NCBI GenBank assembly: GCA_964016885.1
Contig: OZ024752.1
Span: forward strand, 44,764,001-44,828,000
Direction of reading: 5' to 3'
Length of the DNA stretch: 64,000 nucleotides
Origin: Eledone cirrhosa
Lineage: Eukaryota
Positions 1 to 14,664 of this stretch are shown one piece after another. Each line of letters opens with the position of its first letter. Position 1 is the first letter of the stretch. A model generated the notes under the pieces. It had not been told where the DNA came from. It searched no databases and saw only the letters and a list, made by a program, of their open reading frames with translations. The translations under genes were made by a program, and so were the position numbers.

Positions 1-116
1 TCTTCCTCATACCAGTTTGTACAAATTGTTGACACTGAATCCAAGCACAGCCAATACCTTGTGGTGTCCCTTAAGGCTGAATATTACATCCACTCCTTTT
101 TCAATAACAATAATAA

Positions 117-304
117 TGTTTCTACTTTTGGCACAAGGCCAGCAATTACCCCAGTGTATTACTGGCACTTTATTTTATCGACCCCGTAAGGATGAAAGGC
201 AAAGTTAACCTTAGCGGGATTTGATCTCAGTTCGTAAAGGGCCGTAACTCTATGCTGGAAAGCATGGCGTCCGACCCCCTACCGATACTGCCAATCCACC
301 ACCC
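117..304 (-). mobile_element. tRNA-derived SINE, family A (about 190 bp)
   Basis: Near-identical to 29262-29448, with A-box and degenerate B-box on the minus strand. Confidence 0.85.
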
Positions 305-1483
305 GTAATAATAATAATAATAACAACAACAAGAATAACCATAAAGTTCCGTCTGTCTTTACTACATTCATTCATTTGTGTTTTGAAAAGAAATGAAAAA
401 TAATAAAAAATAAACAAGTCACTTTGTTTTGTCTTTTTTTTCTATAACATCACAATTTGGCTGATTATGTTTTTTTTTTTTTTTTTCTATAACAGAAAAT
501 AAAAATAAAATAACAAATATATTAATATAACAGAAATAATAAACATCTCTCTAGTGACATGTTAGGGTGGGGTAGGGTGGGGTGTGAGGTATTCTTCTCT
601 CAATGTATCAATGTGTAAGAAGATGGACATAAAAGTAGGATATATGGATATATATATATAAGTATGTATGCATATATATATATATATATATGTATATATG
701 TTTGCGTGCATATATATATGTGTATGTATGTGTATATAAATATATATGTATGTGTGTATGTATATATTTCTGGTCTCTGGTGCCCTATCATCATCATAGG
801 CAGCTTTTGCTGTTGAGAATTTGATTCTCTTGAATTTACGTCTTTTATTATCATCATCATCGTTTTTATACTCTCTTTTCTTTGCTGAGTTGGACTGGAT
901 GTGACTTTTTGAGGCAATGTTTTACACCCAGGTACTCTTCCTGGTGGCAACCCTTATAGTTGCCTCATACAACACTCAAGGACAGGGTGCACCTATTCTA
1001 AAAAACCAGGATATATTCAGCAAAAGATAGAAATCCCTAACAAATATCACTGTGATGTTCAACGTGAAGAGAAGTGTAAGGATATTATTATTATTATTTA
1101 TCTAGAGGGTTATTTATGACATCAGTATTCTAAAGCACTCCGTCAATTCTGTAAGCTGGTTGGCATTAGGAAGGGCACCCAGTTGTAGAAAACCAAGCCA
1201 AAATCGGATCATATGAACAAGATGTGGTCACCTGACCTGCCTGGGCTCATAACACGACAGCCCATCTAATCCATACAAGCATCGTAAATAGACGTTAAAC
1301 AGTGACGATGATGATGATGATGATGACGAGAACAACGCATTCATATACATATATTGACATTATAGCATGTGTGTGTGTTTATGTGTGTGTATGTGCATGT
1401 ATATACATACACATACATATTGATGTGATAGTATATATGTATTAATATATGTACAGTGTGTGTATGTATGTCGTATATATATG

Positions 1484-1542
<59 letters not shown>

Positions 1543-2251
1543 TAAACACAATTTAATATGGGAATGGCTTCTACAGGACTAGAACTGTTTCATTTGTATG
1601 ATTGAGTACCTTATTTATTATTGTGGTTACCCCCGATTTCACAAGGGGATCTATATATATATATATAAGAGTGAATGTATGGAGCACATTAAACCAGTAA
1701 TAACAATATTATTTGACAGGAAAATAAGTTTCATTTCAGTATGAAATAACTGTCCACTTTAACCCTTTAGTATTCACATTACTCTATATATACTAGTGTA
1801 TTTTGAGGGGTAAAAGCTTTACCTCACATAATATCGAATCTATGAGATTTTGATGTTATTTATTTTGAGAACAATACCTTAACATTAATCATTAGTACTT
1901 TAAAGAAAGCAGATTGTAGATATTATTTAAAATATCTAAGCCCTCTGATCAAGGTTAAATCCTTTCAAAGTGGCTGAGTAATGAGTCTTGTTCCTCTGAA
2001 GTTTCACCTGTGTACTCACAGGATCATTAGACAAGTCTACTTCAGTATTGACTATATATATTTATGATGATTATATATATATAAGAGAGAGAGAGAGAGG
2101 TGGCTTTAGTAATTTTGTTTCATTTGGTCATGAGATTGTCAGAAAGCTTAAAATGTCTGATGACATAAGCCAGCCATAGAAATACGTATTATATTATTGT
2201 GAAACATTAAAGAAATATATTGGAAAACGGCCTTCTTGTATTTTCATTGAT

Positions 2252-2286
<35 letters not shown>

Positions 2287-2860
2287 CATGTACACACACA
2301 CATAGTAATATACTGTTTACTAAACAGCCAATTCACTTATGAGTATGCATGGAATAGAGATATGTTATTCAGCAGATATTTCAAGGGAGATAATCGCATG
2401 ATTTGGAACAGTGTCACACATACATACACGTGTGTGTACTTTGTTTTGTGAGATGGATTTTATATATATATATAGAGAGAGAGAGAAGAGAGAGAAATAG
2501 AGATAGAGACAGATAGATAGAGAGAGAGAGATAGAGACAGATAGATAGATAGAGACAGAGAGATAGAGATAGAGACAGATAGATAGAGCGAGAGATAGAG
2601 ACAGATAGATAGATAGAGAGAGCTCTATTCTTGATCGAATCAGCCATTAGTATGTATACATAATAAACAAAACAGTAACATAAAAATCTTTGATTTGGTC
2701 GGTTCAATTTTTTTTTTTTTTTTGCTCACATTTTCTCTTTTCCAGAAAGATTAAAATGAAATAAACTTCAATAATGACAATAATAATAATGATAATAATA
2801 ATGTTTAAATGATGACAAAGTCAACAAAGAATAATAGAATAAACTGAAGGGTCAGCTCTG

Positions 2861-3798
2861 TCACAAGCAGGTCTCTGCCGTAGCTTTTATTTGAGAGGAG
2901 GAGGAGGAGGAAGGGGAAGAAAAGGTGGGGTAGGTGGGAGAGGAAGCATCATCATCATCATCACCATGCCTAGCACTAGACTGTTTTCGACTGGCGGCGG
3001 CGGCGTTGTTGCTATCGGTTACGTCGCCACATCCACCATTCTCGTTCTCACAATAATCTGCCACGTTAGCCTCCACCCTGGATGCTTTCACACCGAATGT
3101 TTTCTCGCCGAGCAGTTCCGGTCTGCTGAGGGCGTCGGACGCGGGAGGGGCTGGGAGCGGGGGAGGAGAGGAGGGTGTGTTTGTAAGGATATTATCACAA
3201 GGAACATCAGTTCTGTAGCTGGCTGGTAGTGTGGTCGAACAGGCTGTCATCGCCTCCGGATCCGTCATGGTTCCTTGAGAACGTCCGGGAAACATCGACG
3301 GCGTTGTGTCGATAGTAAGGTTCCCTATTTCAGGACGATGAACCGACGAAGGATGCTCCATAGGGAAGGGCCTGAAGTGGTTCATTGTGCTAAAGTTACT
3401 GTCCGTGTTGATAGAGTTTGTGTTCGACTCTAAAGTGTCGTTAGATATGGGGTCGTTCTGAAAGTCAGACAGATCAGCAATGGCGTAGCTCTCGGAGTCA
3501 CATTCGGTTAGCGGCAGTGATGGCCGGGAATGGGCATCACTCATCTGGGACCTGTAGGTCGGAGGTAAAGAATTTGGGTAACTTTCATTTGGGTTTGGTG
3601 GGAATACCATATACACCCCTGGCCGTAGTGTGCTGGCCCTTGAACGATATGTGGGTGGTGGGGAACTTGGTAGGCTATAGTTGTCTGTGTTATTCACAGA
3701 CTGTTGGTACTGCTGTAACAGTTGTTGTTGGTACTCTTGCATTGACACATCATAAGAAGGTGGGGGTCGCCGGTATTGAAACTCAGGGTACATGATAC
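2861..3798 (-). CDS. Terminal coding exon: Pro/Ser-rich cytoplasmic tail with three PPxY motifs, ending AETCL-stop
   Basis: Acceptor tttcAG|GT ATC ATG at 3799/3798, phase 1. Open to TGA at 2863-2861. GC-richer than flanks. Spliced CDS 1030+162+938=2130 nt, i.e. 709 aa plus stop. Confidence 0.9.
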
Positions 3799-4059
3799 CT
3801 GAAATTGACAACAAAATAAATAGTTTAGGGACACATAGAGAAGGAAATAAACATAATATAAAGTACTTGGCATGAGGGCAATTTTTCCTTTCATCCTTCT
3901 GGGATTTGTCAAATAAAGTACCAGTCAAATACTGGGGTTAATGTAATAAATTATTCCCCCACCCCACCCCCTGTTGAGCCAAATTGTTGCCCTTGAATCA
4001 AAATTAAAAATCTTTTTTTTTTATTGTTTAGTCAAAGGGAAGTTTTGTGCTGATAACCT

Positions 4060-4272
4060 TTAACCCTTTACCATTTACATTACTCTATATATACTATGGT
4101 ATTTTCATGGTAAAGGCTTTATCTCACATAATATCGAATCTATGAAATTTTGACATTTATTTTGAGAACAATAACATGACATAAGTATGGGCAGCCAGTT
4201 ACAGCTGGTTTGAACAGAAAGAGGTGAGAAAATTCTGGCCAGATACGGCCGGTTTAAATGCTAAAGGGTTAA
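4060..4272 (+). mobile_element. TTAA-target (piggyBac-type) MITE family 1, about 210 bp
   Basis: TTAA-CCCTTTA(G/C)CATTT...AAATGCTAAAGGG-TTAA. Other copies: 1759-1885 (partial), 4863-5116 (partial), 23681-23870, 29188-29606, 34216-34430, 42148-42361(-), 43654-43800(-), 44558-45029, 45781-46009(-), 54327-54505(-). Confidence 0.9.
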
Positions 4273-4402
4273 TAAGTGAAACCAGTAAAAGAAGCCTTTT
4301 TATGTACTTGTCACCTTTGTATCATAGAACCAGGGACATTTTCAGGGGATTTGTTATCAAAAGGGTTAAATAGAAGAGAAAAATAAAATGGTAAAACTTT
4401 AC

Positions 4403-4564
4403 CTCCATGCCAATAGCCTTCTCTAGTCCGCTGCATGCCATGTGATCGGACTTGGTTGAGTAAATTGTGATCTCCCAGACCAAATAGTAAATGGAGGGGC
4501 TCGTGTCCCTGTGGGGTGAACTTCCAACCAACTATTACTACAATCAGGAGCAATAGACCAAGAC
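4403..4564 (-). CDS. Second coding exon (162 nt): rest of TM2 plus juxtamembrane tail (GLGLLLLIVVIVGWKFTPQGHEPLHLLFGLGDHNLL...YWHG)
   Basis: Acceptor tttgcAG|GT at 4565/4564 and donor GGAG|GTAAAG at 4403/4402. Both are phase 1 and match the flanking exons. Completes a transmembrane helix. Confidence 0.88.
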
Positions 4565-5992
4565 CTGCAAATATAAACATGTTACAAGGTTTATATGGAG
4601 AACACAATGTGTTTGAGGACATTAAAACAAACATCATCATCATCACCACCACCATCATCACCACCACCACCACCACCACCACCACCACCAACACCATCAT
4701 CTTCACCAACATCACCATTATCACTGTCACCACCACCACCACTCATATCACCATCATTATCAGTCACCGTCATCACCACCAACATCAACTCAAAGGACAC
4801 ATTAGGTAGTGTTATATGATGGTCATGGGTGGAAAGCCTTTCATCAAAGATCTATTCAGAGATTACATTACTCTATATATACTATTGTATTTTCACAGTA
4901 AAGGCTTTAACTCACATAACATTTACAGTACTCTATATATACTATTGTATTTTCATGCTAAAGGCTTTAACTCACATAATATCGAATCTGAGATTTTGAT
5001 ATTTATTTTGAAAACTACCTTAACATCAGTATGATCAGCCGTTTACAGCTAGTTTGAACAGAAAGAGGTGAGAGAATTCTGACCAGATATGGCCAGTTTA
5101 AATGCTAAAGAGTTAATATCAACCATTTTACACAGCATATTAGATGATTTTATGATGGCAGCAGCACTCTAGAGAAAAGTTGACCTCAGCACTGAGAACA
5201 AGTCTCAGACTAGAGATTGGTATTTTATTGATTCCCTCCCCCACAAGGGACGACAAGCTAAATTGAACTCAATAGTGATTAGACCACAGATCAGAGAAGA
5301 ACAAATACCGGAATTTGATGCTTTAACGACCGATAATTCACCAATAACTACAATAAATACCTAACATTATGGAGTCCCGACCTAATTTCATTCCATATAA
5401 TATAATTATAACAAAATCAAAACCATGAGAGCAAATCATTCAAACAGAACACGCACACACACACCACACACACACACACACACACAACACACAATATTCC
5501 TTTAATACACTCTATTTTTTTTTAATCTATTTTTTTTCTTAATGTTCTTGTTACTGCTGCTATTGTGGTAGTTGTTGTTGTTGCTGTAATATGTCCATAA
5601 AGATGAAATATAAACCTCATATAAAACAGTAATTCTATTCCACTAAAAGTACACCCCCCCCCCCACCCAAATCAATCCAGATTAGATTTTTTTCGTCAAA
5701 TTGAAACGACTTATTGATGTCTATGTATTGATGATGATGATGGCTGTGGCTGGTTGGTGTTGATGGTGGTGGTGGGGTTAGTGGTGGTGGTGGGGTTACT
5801 GGTGGTGGTGGGGTTATTGATGGTGGTGGTGATGGGGTTAGTGGAAGTGGTGGGGTTATTGATGGTGGGGGTATTGATGACTGGGCAAGGCGGGGGTAGT
5901 AATTATGGTAGTGATGATGATGATGATGATGAGAAATAATATCCATATTTCATCATAGATTAAAAAGTCAATAGGAAATTGCATAAAAACAG

Positions 5993-6074
<82 letters not shown>

Positions 6075-6075
6075 A

Positions 6076-6114
<39 letters not shown>

Positions 6115-6888
6115 CATGAGTATATAGACATGTGTATAAAGATATATATAAAGGTGCAAGCAAGGCTGTGGTTAAGGAGTTTATTTCACAATCCCATAGT
6201 TCTAGGTTGTCTCACACACACACACACACGCTCACACACACACAAACACATATAGGTATGTGAGTGTGTTTACAGGTGTCTATGTCCTATAACGCACACA
6301 TACCTACATACACACACATACCTACATACATACACACATATCTACATACACACACATATACCTACATACACACACATATAACTACATACACACACATACC
6401 TACATACACACACATATAACTACATACACACACATAACTACATACACACACACTACCTACATACACATACCTACATACACACACACACATACTTACATAC
6501 ATACATACATAGGTATATTGTTGTTTTTGTGAAAAAGATGACTAAGACAAAGACTAAGAAGAAATATGAAGAAGAAAGAAGACAATAATAATATCAGGTG
6601 TCGAAAGATATACTTTTTAAAGTCACGTATGGTGTCAAGTGACAGAACAATGGAGAATACGAGAAAACTGGAAAATATTTATGGTTTAAAATTACAGATT
6701 TGTTGAAATATACATATATATATACAATTGCAACAGTATCACCACTGCCGCCACCACCACCACCACCACCACCACCACCACTACTACCACCGCCACGACG
6801 ACGACCACCACCAAACAACTTCTCTGTTGTTTGGCAGAGTAGGTAGAGCGACAACATTGTCTTGTGTTGGTGGTTTTTTACCAACTCT

Positions 6889-7484
6889 TTAACCCTTTTG
6901 CTACCATATTTCTAATGAAAGACGCTGCTTTTGGCCTTCAAATAATTTGAAAGGATTTAGTAATATAAATTAACTTTCTAAGTTAGTATTTGGAACATAA
7001 CTTAACAGAGGTTCTTACATAGAATTATGATGGAAGATTTTTCAGAATATGGTTCCAGGCAGTTTGGCATCAAAAAAATATTCCAACATAATTTTATGTA
7101 AGAACCTTTGTTAAGTCCTGTTCCAAACACCCCTGGTTCTATGATACAAAACTGTTTATGTTAATGTGTTTATATTTATCTAAAAATCTTCCAACATAAT
7201 TTTATGTAAGAACCTTTGTTAAGTTATGTTCCAAAAACCAGGCTTAGTAATGAGAAAGTCAATTATATTACTAAATTCCTCATTATATTCAAAATATTTT
7301 GAAAATTATAGGTAATGTCTTTCATTAAAAATATAAATCCGTAAGAACCTTTGTTAAGTTATGTTTCCAACACTAGCTGGATAATGAGCAAGTTACAAAG
7401 TCCTTTCAAATTCTAAATTATTTCCAAAATGATTTGACAATTATAGACAGTCTTTCATTAGAAATATAGTAATGAAAGGGTTAA
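6889..7484. mobile_element. TTAA-target MITE family 2 (AT-rich), arranged as a long imperfect inverted repeat
   Basis: TTAACCCTTTTGCTACCATATTTCTAATGAAAGAC ... GTCTTTCATTAGAAATATAGTAATGAAAGGGTTAA. Related pieces at ~10050-10219, 22465-22660, 23390-23890, 25720-25990, 49555-50033, 59537-59766. Confidence 0.75.
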
Positions 7485-7690
7485 CGAACAACTGAGAAGT
7501 ACTTGCAACTGCTAGGAAGAAGCAGAGGGAGAGGGTAAGTGGCAATGATGTTATTGATGAGAGAGAGAGAGAGAGAGATAGATATGTTACAAGACAACAA
7601 CAAATGAGATCAATAAATATGTTTTAATGGGAATAAGGTGTTGACTAGCAATCAAGTAGACAAATATAAGGATTGAGGGGTGGGGTGGAT

Positions 7691-8960
7691 ACACATTAAC
7701 ACACACAGTAATATATACACATTAACACACACACAGTAATATATACACATTAACACACACAGTAATATATACACATTAACACACACAGTAATATATACAC
7801 ATTAACACACACACAGTAATATATACACATTAACACACAGTAATATATACACATTAACACACAGAGTAATATATACACATTAACACACACAGTAATATAT
7901 ACACAATAACACACACAGTAATATATACACATTAACACACAGTAATATATATACATTAACACACAGTAATATATATACAATAACACACACAGTAATATAT
8001 ACACATTAACACACAGTAATATATATACATTAACACACACAGTAATATATACACAATAACACACACACAGTAATATATACACATTAACACACAGTAATAT
8101 ATATACATTAACACACACAGTAATATATACACATTAACACACACAGTAATATATACACATTAACACACACAGTAATATATACACATTAACACACACAGTA
8201 ATATATACACAATAACACACACAGTAATATATACACATTAACACACAGTAATATATATACATTAACACACACAGTAATATATACACAATAACACACACAC
8301 AGTAATATATACACATTAACACACACAGTAATATATATACATTAACACACACAGTAATATATATACAATAACACACAGTAATATACACACAGTAATATAT
8401 ATACATTAACACACAGTAATATATATACATTAACACACACAGTAATGTATACACATTAACACACAGTAATATATACACATTAACACACAGTAATATATAC
8501 ACATTAACACACAGTAATATAGATACATTAACACACAGTAATATATATACATTAACACACAGTAATATATACACATTAACACACAGTAATATATACACAT
8601 TAACACACAGTAATATATACACATTAACACACAGTAATATAGATACATTAACACACAGTAATATATACACATTAACACACAGTAATATATACACATTAAC
8701 ACACAGTAATATATATATACAAAAACACACAGTAATATATATACATTAACACACAGTAATATATATATACAAAAACATACAGTAATATATATACATTAAC
8801 ACACACAGTAATATATACACATTAACACACAGTAATATATATATACAAAAACACACAGTAATATATATACATTAACACACACAGTAATATATACACATTA
8901 ACACACACAGTAATATATATACATTAACACATACAGTAATATATATACATTAACACACAC
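7691..8960. repeat. 24-26 bp minisatellite (TAACACACACAGTAATATATACACAT)n
   Basis: Direct reading; about 50 units with CA/TA slippage. Confidence 0.95.
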
Positions 8961-10227
8961 ACACACCTACACACATGTAGACAGAGAATTTGACCAACAA
9001 CTGAAACTGCTGAATAATTGGTAAGACTACATGTGTCCAATAAATGGTGCAATTGGTGCAAAACAGAGAAACCATTCTAGAGTTCCACATTTTTTGTTTC
9101 TCTTTTTCCCTGATACTTGGTTCAAGGCCAGGTATGAATCAATTTAAATTTCATTACACCTGGGTTAATATTTTATCTATTTATTGTTAATGGTGTTGTG
9201 ATTATGTTTCTAACGAAATACACAGCATTTGAATTAATTAATCAAAACTTTTGAAGGATTTATTAATATCATTTCATTATTAACTCTGTACTAACATCTT
9301 GTAATGGTTTAACAGAAAATATCTTAATTCAAACGTTTATGGTATGCATATAAAAATGAGAAAATTCATAGCTAGAACAGCCATTAAAACAGGTAAAGGC
9401 TGTCAAAGACAGTGATGGACAAAAATGTCTCAGAAGACAGAGACCAGTGACCAGTGGTCAACAGAGAGACAATCCACAAAGTGGGTGGCAGGCAGATGAT
9501 ATAAAGAAAAGATTGAAAAAGGAGGACATGTGTGTGTGTGTATAAGTGAGTATATATATATATATATATACTCACTTACACATATGTATGTGTGAGTTAA
9601 CAGTTAACAGTTCAATGACCCAGCTTTCCCATGGTGACAATCATTACAATCTCCATTGACTCACCAAGATCTAAGCTATTCAGACTTTCTCCACATGTGA
9701 CTGTGGCTGTTTTATTGTTCCAATGTAAGAAGTCATCCATTGACCAATCTTTTGTCATTGACAGTTCATTCATTATGAATCCAACAACCAACATCAAATC
9801 CAACACAAAAGAAGTCATATTAAGTTATATATCAAAACAGCCAACCATACACACCTAAGTTCAAGTTGACACTAATTAACATAATTTATCTCTGACCTAC
9901 TTCCTAATTATCAAATATTTATATTTACATATACATTAATTAGGTGAACAACAAAACTAGTTCATATTCGCTATATTCTACTACTGAATATATCTATAGA
10001 TTTTTAGCTAACATTTTGTATAAACATAGACTATAGCATATTCCAGAATATTTCTAGTCTAGATTTCTAGCCAACACTGAATAAGAAAGCAACTTAACTA
10101 AATGTTCTTATATAAAATTATGTTGGAAGGTTTTAATTTAAATAGGAACCCTTTATAATGGGTGGTTTTGTTCCATAGAACCAGAACTGGTTTTTAATGG
10201 GCTGATATGAAAGGGTTAAGAACAAAA

Positions 10228-10973
10228 TTAGGAGGAGGGACACACACACTAAACTGTAGTTATACTGTTAGAGGGGGGAATACTAAACTGTAGTTATACT
10301 GTTAGAGGGGGGCACTAAACTGTAGTTATACTTTTAGAGGGGGGGGGGGGGGGGCCATACTAAACTGTAGTTATACTGTTAGAGGGAGGACATACTAAAC
10401 TGTGGTTATACTGTTAGAGGGGGCACATACTAAACTGTGGTTATACTGTTAGAGGGACACACACTAAACTGTGGTTATACTGTTAGAGGGGGGACATACT
10501 AAACTGTGGTTATACTGTTAGAGGGGGGACATACTAAACCGTGGTTATACTGTTAGAGGGGGCACATACTAAACTGTGGTTATACTGTTAGAGGGGCACA
10601 TACTAAACTGTGGTTATACTGTTAGAGGGGGGACATACTAAACTGTGGTTATACTGTTAGAGGGGGGACATACTAAACTGTGGTTATACTGTTAGAGGGG
10701 GCACATACTAAACTGTGGTTATACTGTTAGAGGGGGCACATACTAAACTGTAGTTATACTGTTAGAGGGGGGACATACTAAACTGTGGTTATACTGTTAG
10801 AGGGGGCACATACTAAACTGTAGTTATACTGTTAGAGGGGGGGACATACTAAACTGTGGTTATACTGTTAGAGGGGGCACATACTAAACTGTGGTTATAC
10901 TGTTAGAGGGGGGACATACTAAACTGTGGTTATACTGTTAGAGGGGGGGACATACTAAACTGTAGTTATACTG
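10228..10973. repeat. About 35-bp minisatellite (CATACTAAACTGTGGTTATACTGTTAGAGGGGGGA)n
   Basis: About 21 units with variable G-run length. Confidence 0.95.
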
Positions 10974-11414
10974 GAAATTCTACATGGACTATGTGAATTA
11001 AAGTGGACAGTAACAGACTTTACAATTGCTACATCTGTTTTATATTTGTTTTACATCTGTTTTATATCTGGTGTCATATCTGTTTATCATTTTCATAAAT
11101 ACTGATTATCTTCATGTTTTTTTAGTACTTCCTGCCCTCAATTTTATCAGACAGATGGGTAGGGGGGGGGGGGGATTATGACTACATGAAATATCTGGGT
11201 CAAGTTTAGACCAGTTTTATGTTTCGTAGGTCAAATTTGAAACTAGAACTAAAGAGTAAAATACTCCACATCCTTGTATTGTGTTGACACCACCACCACC
11301 ACCACCACCACCACCAAAGTCTATGTTCTATCAAGTTATTCCACCACATATGCTAATTCCCTCTTTTTCAACTCAGTAACAATGTCCTATACTCACTACA
11401 TACTACACACTACT

Positions 11415-11878
11415 CCCAACCATGTTTCCAAAACACTACACACCACACACCACACACTTCATATGACACACGACACACTTCACATGACACAATCACATGG
11501 CCAACCATGTTTCTAAAACACTACACACCACACACTACACACCACACATCACACACTACACACCACACTTCACATGACACACCACACGACACACCACACA
11601 CCACACGACACACTTCACATGACACAATCACATGGCCAACCATGTTTCTAAAACACTACACACCACACACCACACACTTCATATGACACACGACACACTT
11701 CACATGACACAATCACATGGCCAACCATGTTTCTAAAACACTACACACCACACACTACACACCACACATCACACACTACACACCACACTTCACATGACAC
11801 ACCACACGACACACCACACACCACACGACACACTTCACATGACACAATCACATGGCCAACCATGTTTCTAAAACACAT
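11415..11878. repeat. Higher-order CA-rich repeat (about 210-bp period built from ~78 and ~132 bp subunits)
   Basis: ACAATCACATGGCCAACCATGTTTCTAAAACAC recurs four times. 11461-11640 recurs at 11671-11850. Confidence 0.85.
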
Positions 11879-12293
11879 GTTAACTAAAAATCTTGTTTCC
11901 TCTGAATGTCCTAATTAAAAACTTACCTTTCTCACTATAATTTCTTGTCTCATTCAAATCTATTCTTTATATGAAACTTCTCAGGTAAACATGTGATATA
12001 TTACCATTACTAATTAGGAGAGATCTACTCTCAGGTGATATGTACAAGATAAAAGAGAACTTCATATACTGTATTATTGCTGTCTCTCACATCTAGGTTT
12101 TCTACACACACACACACACACACACGGGTCACAAGTAATAGGGGGTGGGTTCGGGTGGAAAAAATCTGAAAAATTAATAAACGTGGGGACAGAGGACAGG
12201 AAGATTATTTGAGACACCCTCCCCTCATCCCGAGATTATATATATATAGCTGTTGGAATGGAAAGAGCTCAGCCATTGGGGTCCTGAATTTTT

Positions 12294-12351
<58 letters not shown>

Positions 12352-12556
12352 CCTTTTTCTCCTCACCGTTTAGTGTCCATTTTAAGACAAGTCCAAGTTG
12401 GGAGACAAGTCTGGCCAGAGTTGACCACACTGTTGTACATTGCTCTGCCGACGACTCTAAATTTGGCCAGAGATTTTACACCTGGATGCCCTTCCTAACA
12501 CCAACCACATTATATATCATCATCATCATCGTTTAACGTCCATTTTCCACGCTAGC

Positions 12557-12611
<55 letters not shown>

Positions 12612-12951
12612 CATCAATCTTTCTACAGCTGGTTTCCAGGCTGTGAGACAGTGATGATGATAAAGTGTTTTATACAATACAAACAGGAGCCAAGGTTTAT
12701 ATGTTGATGTGGAGATATGTTTGTATGTTGATGAAATATAAGTAATGTTTTCTTTCCATGTTACTGACAGACAAGACACAGATTAAATAAACCAATCTTA
12801 TTCTGACAATAGTGGTGGTAGTGGTGGTAGTGGTAGGTGGTGGTGGTGGTAGGTGGTGGTGGTGGTATTGGTGGTAGTAGGTGGTAGGGGCAGGTGGTGG
12901 TGGTGGTAGCATCAGATGATGTTAGTGTTGGAAATTGACAGTGGTTCATCT

Positions 12952-12989
<38 letters not shown>

Positions 12990-13242
12990 AACACATTATA
13001 TGTCCTGTGTTGCTAAAAGGTCCCCCCCTCCCCTTCCCCCTGTTGATAGCAGCTTAAGATGGCTGGTCCATTACTGCAGTTCAATATACTGGTTTAAAAG
13101 GTCAACATTTATATTGAAGAGAGAGAGAGAGAGAGAGAGAGAGCTGGCAAGACACTTTCACAGATGTAAACTATATAAGAGCTATTAATGTAAGGCAGAG
13201 AGACAAAGACATCAGCTTTCAACTTTGGCACTGCACCACACT

Positions 13243-13716
13243 GTAGTATGGTGTGGTGTAGTGTAGAGTGGTGTGGTGTGGTGTGGTATGGTGTGGTGTG
13301 GTGTAGTATGGTGTAGTGTAGAGTAGAGTGGTGTGGTGTGGTGTGGTGTGGTGTGGTATGGTGTGGTGTAGTATGGTGTAGTGTAGAGTAGTGTAGTATG
13401 GTGTGGTGTGGTGCGGTGTAGTCTGGTGTACTATAGTGTAGTATGGTGTGGTGGTGCGGTGTAGTCTGGTGTACTATAGTGTACTATAGTGTAGTGTAGT
13501 ATGGTGTGGTGTGGTGTAGTGTAGTATGGTGTGGTGTGGTGCAGTGTGGTGTGGTGTAGTGTAGTCTGGTGTACTATAGTGTAGTCTGGAGCAGTGTGGT
13601 GTGGTGTAGTGTAGTGTAGTGTAGTGTAGTGTAATCTGGTGTACTATAGTGTAGTCTGGAGCAGTGTGGTGTGGTGTAGTGTAGTCTGGTGTACTATAGT
13701 GTAGTCTGGAGCAGTG
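13243..13716. repeat. (TGTGG/TGTAG)n pentamer satellite
   Basis: Direct reading. A complementary-type (CACCA/CTACA)n tract lies at 17290-17662. Confidence 0.9.
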
Positions 13717-14617
13717 TTTAGGGTGTTTGACTCAGGTTAATAAAAATTCTGGCAACAGATTGTGTCCTTGAGCAAGACACTTTATTTAACATTGCTGCAG
13801 TTGATTCAGTTAACAAAAATATGTGTTATACCAGTAATTCAAAGTGGTAGTATCGTTGTCACACACTGTGTCACACTGAATCTCCCTGAGAACTACACTA
13901 ACGGTACATCTATTTGTGGAATACTTGCATGGAGGTCCCTCCCACACACACACACGCTCAAGCCTTCTATTTCCAAATGGCTGCTATTTTTAGCATATCG
14001 AGGGAGCACCAAGATGGCGGGAGATGGAGTGGCAATTGTAGACTGAATACATCAGAGTAAACTGAAAATGTAGAGATCAGAGGAAACTGCTAATTACTTC
14101 ATCACCATCCCAACAGTTCCACACTAATTATACTCACTAATTAACAAAATAACAAGTTGGAAATAATTATTTTCATTGTCATTATCACCATAGTTTTTGT
14201 GGCCATTTTTTTACAATGCTTGGCATGGGTTGGACAAGCCCTTATGAGGCAGTTTTTGCTGGTCTTCACACAGAGAATTGTTGAGTTGCAGGACATAAAC
14301 AAACATCACACACACATACTGCCCCCCCCTCCCCCTCCTGGCCGTTTCGATTTGAAGACATACAGGGACACACATACACGTGTGTGTGTGTGTGTGTGTG
14401 CGTGCATGTACAGAGTGACTAAAGAAATGCCCCCCCCCCCCCCCTGCCGCACACTGTGTTACCATACACACACACATATACATAAATATAAATATATATA
14501 CATATACATATTTATTTATGATAGAGATACAAAGGTTGGACGAGAAGTAAAACAAAAACTGAGAGAGAGTTGGATATACATATATATATATATATATATA
14601 GATAGAGACAGACAGAC

Positions 14618-14664
<47 letters not shown>

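Noticed and set aside
3799-3928. N-terminal extension of the 355-aa ORF
   Set aside because: Intronic read-through upstream of the acceptor, partly SINE-A-derived sequence.
6594-6884. Possible extra minus-strand exon in the large intron
   Set aside because: Mostly poly-Gly from (CCA)n. The flanking exons already join in phase mid-TM helix.
11921-11990. Strong minus-strand donor AAAG|GTAAGT at 11927
   Set aside because: No convincing acceptor or coding frame upstream, and an exon here would interrupt TM2.
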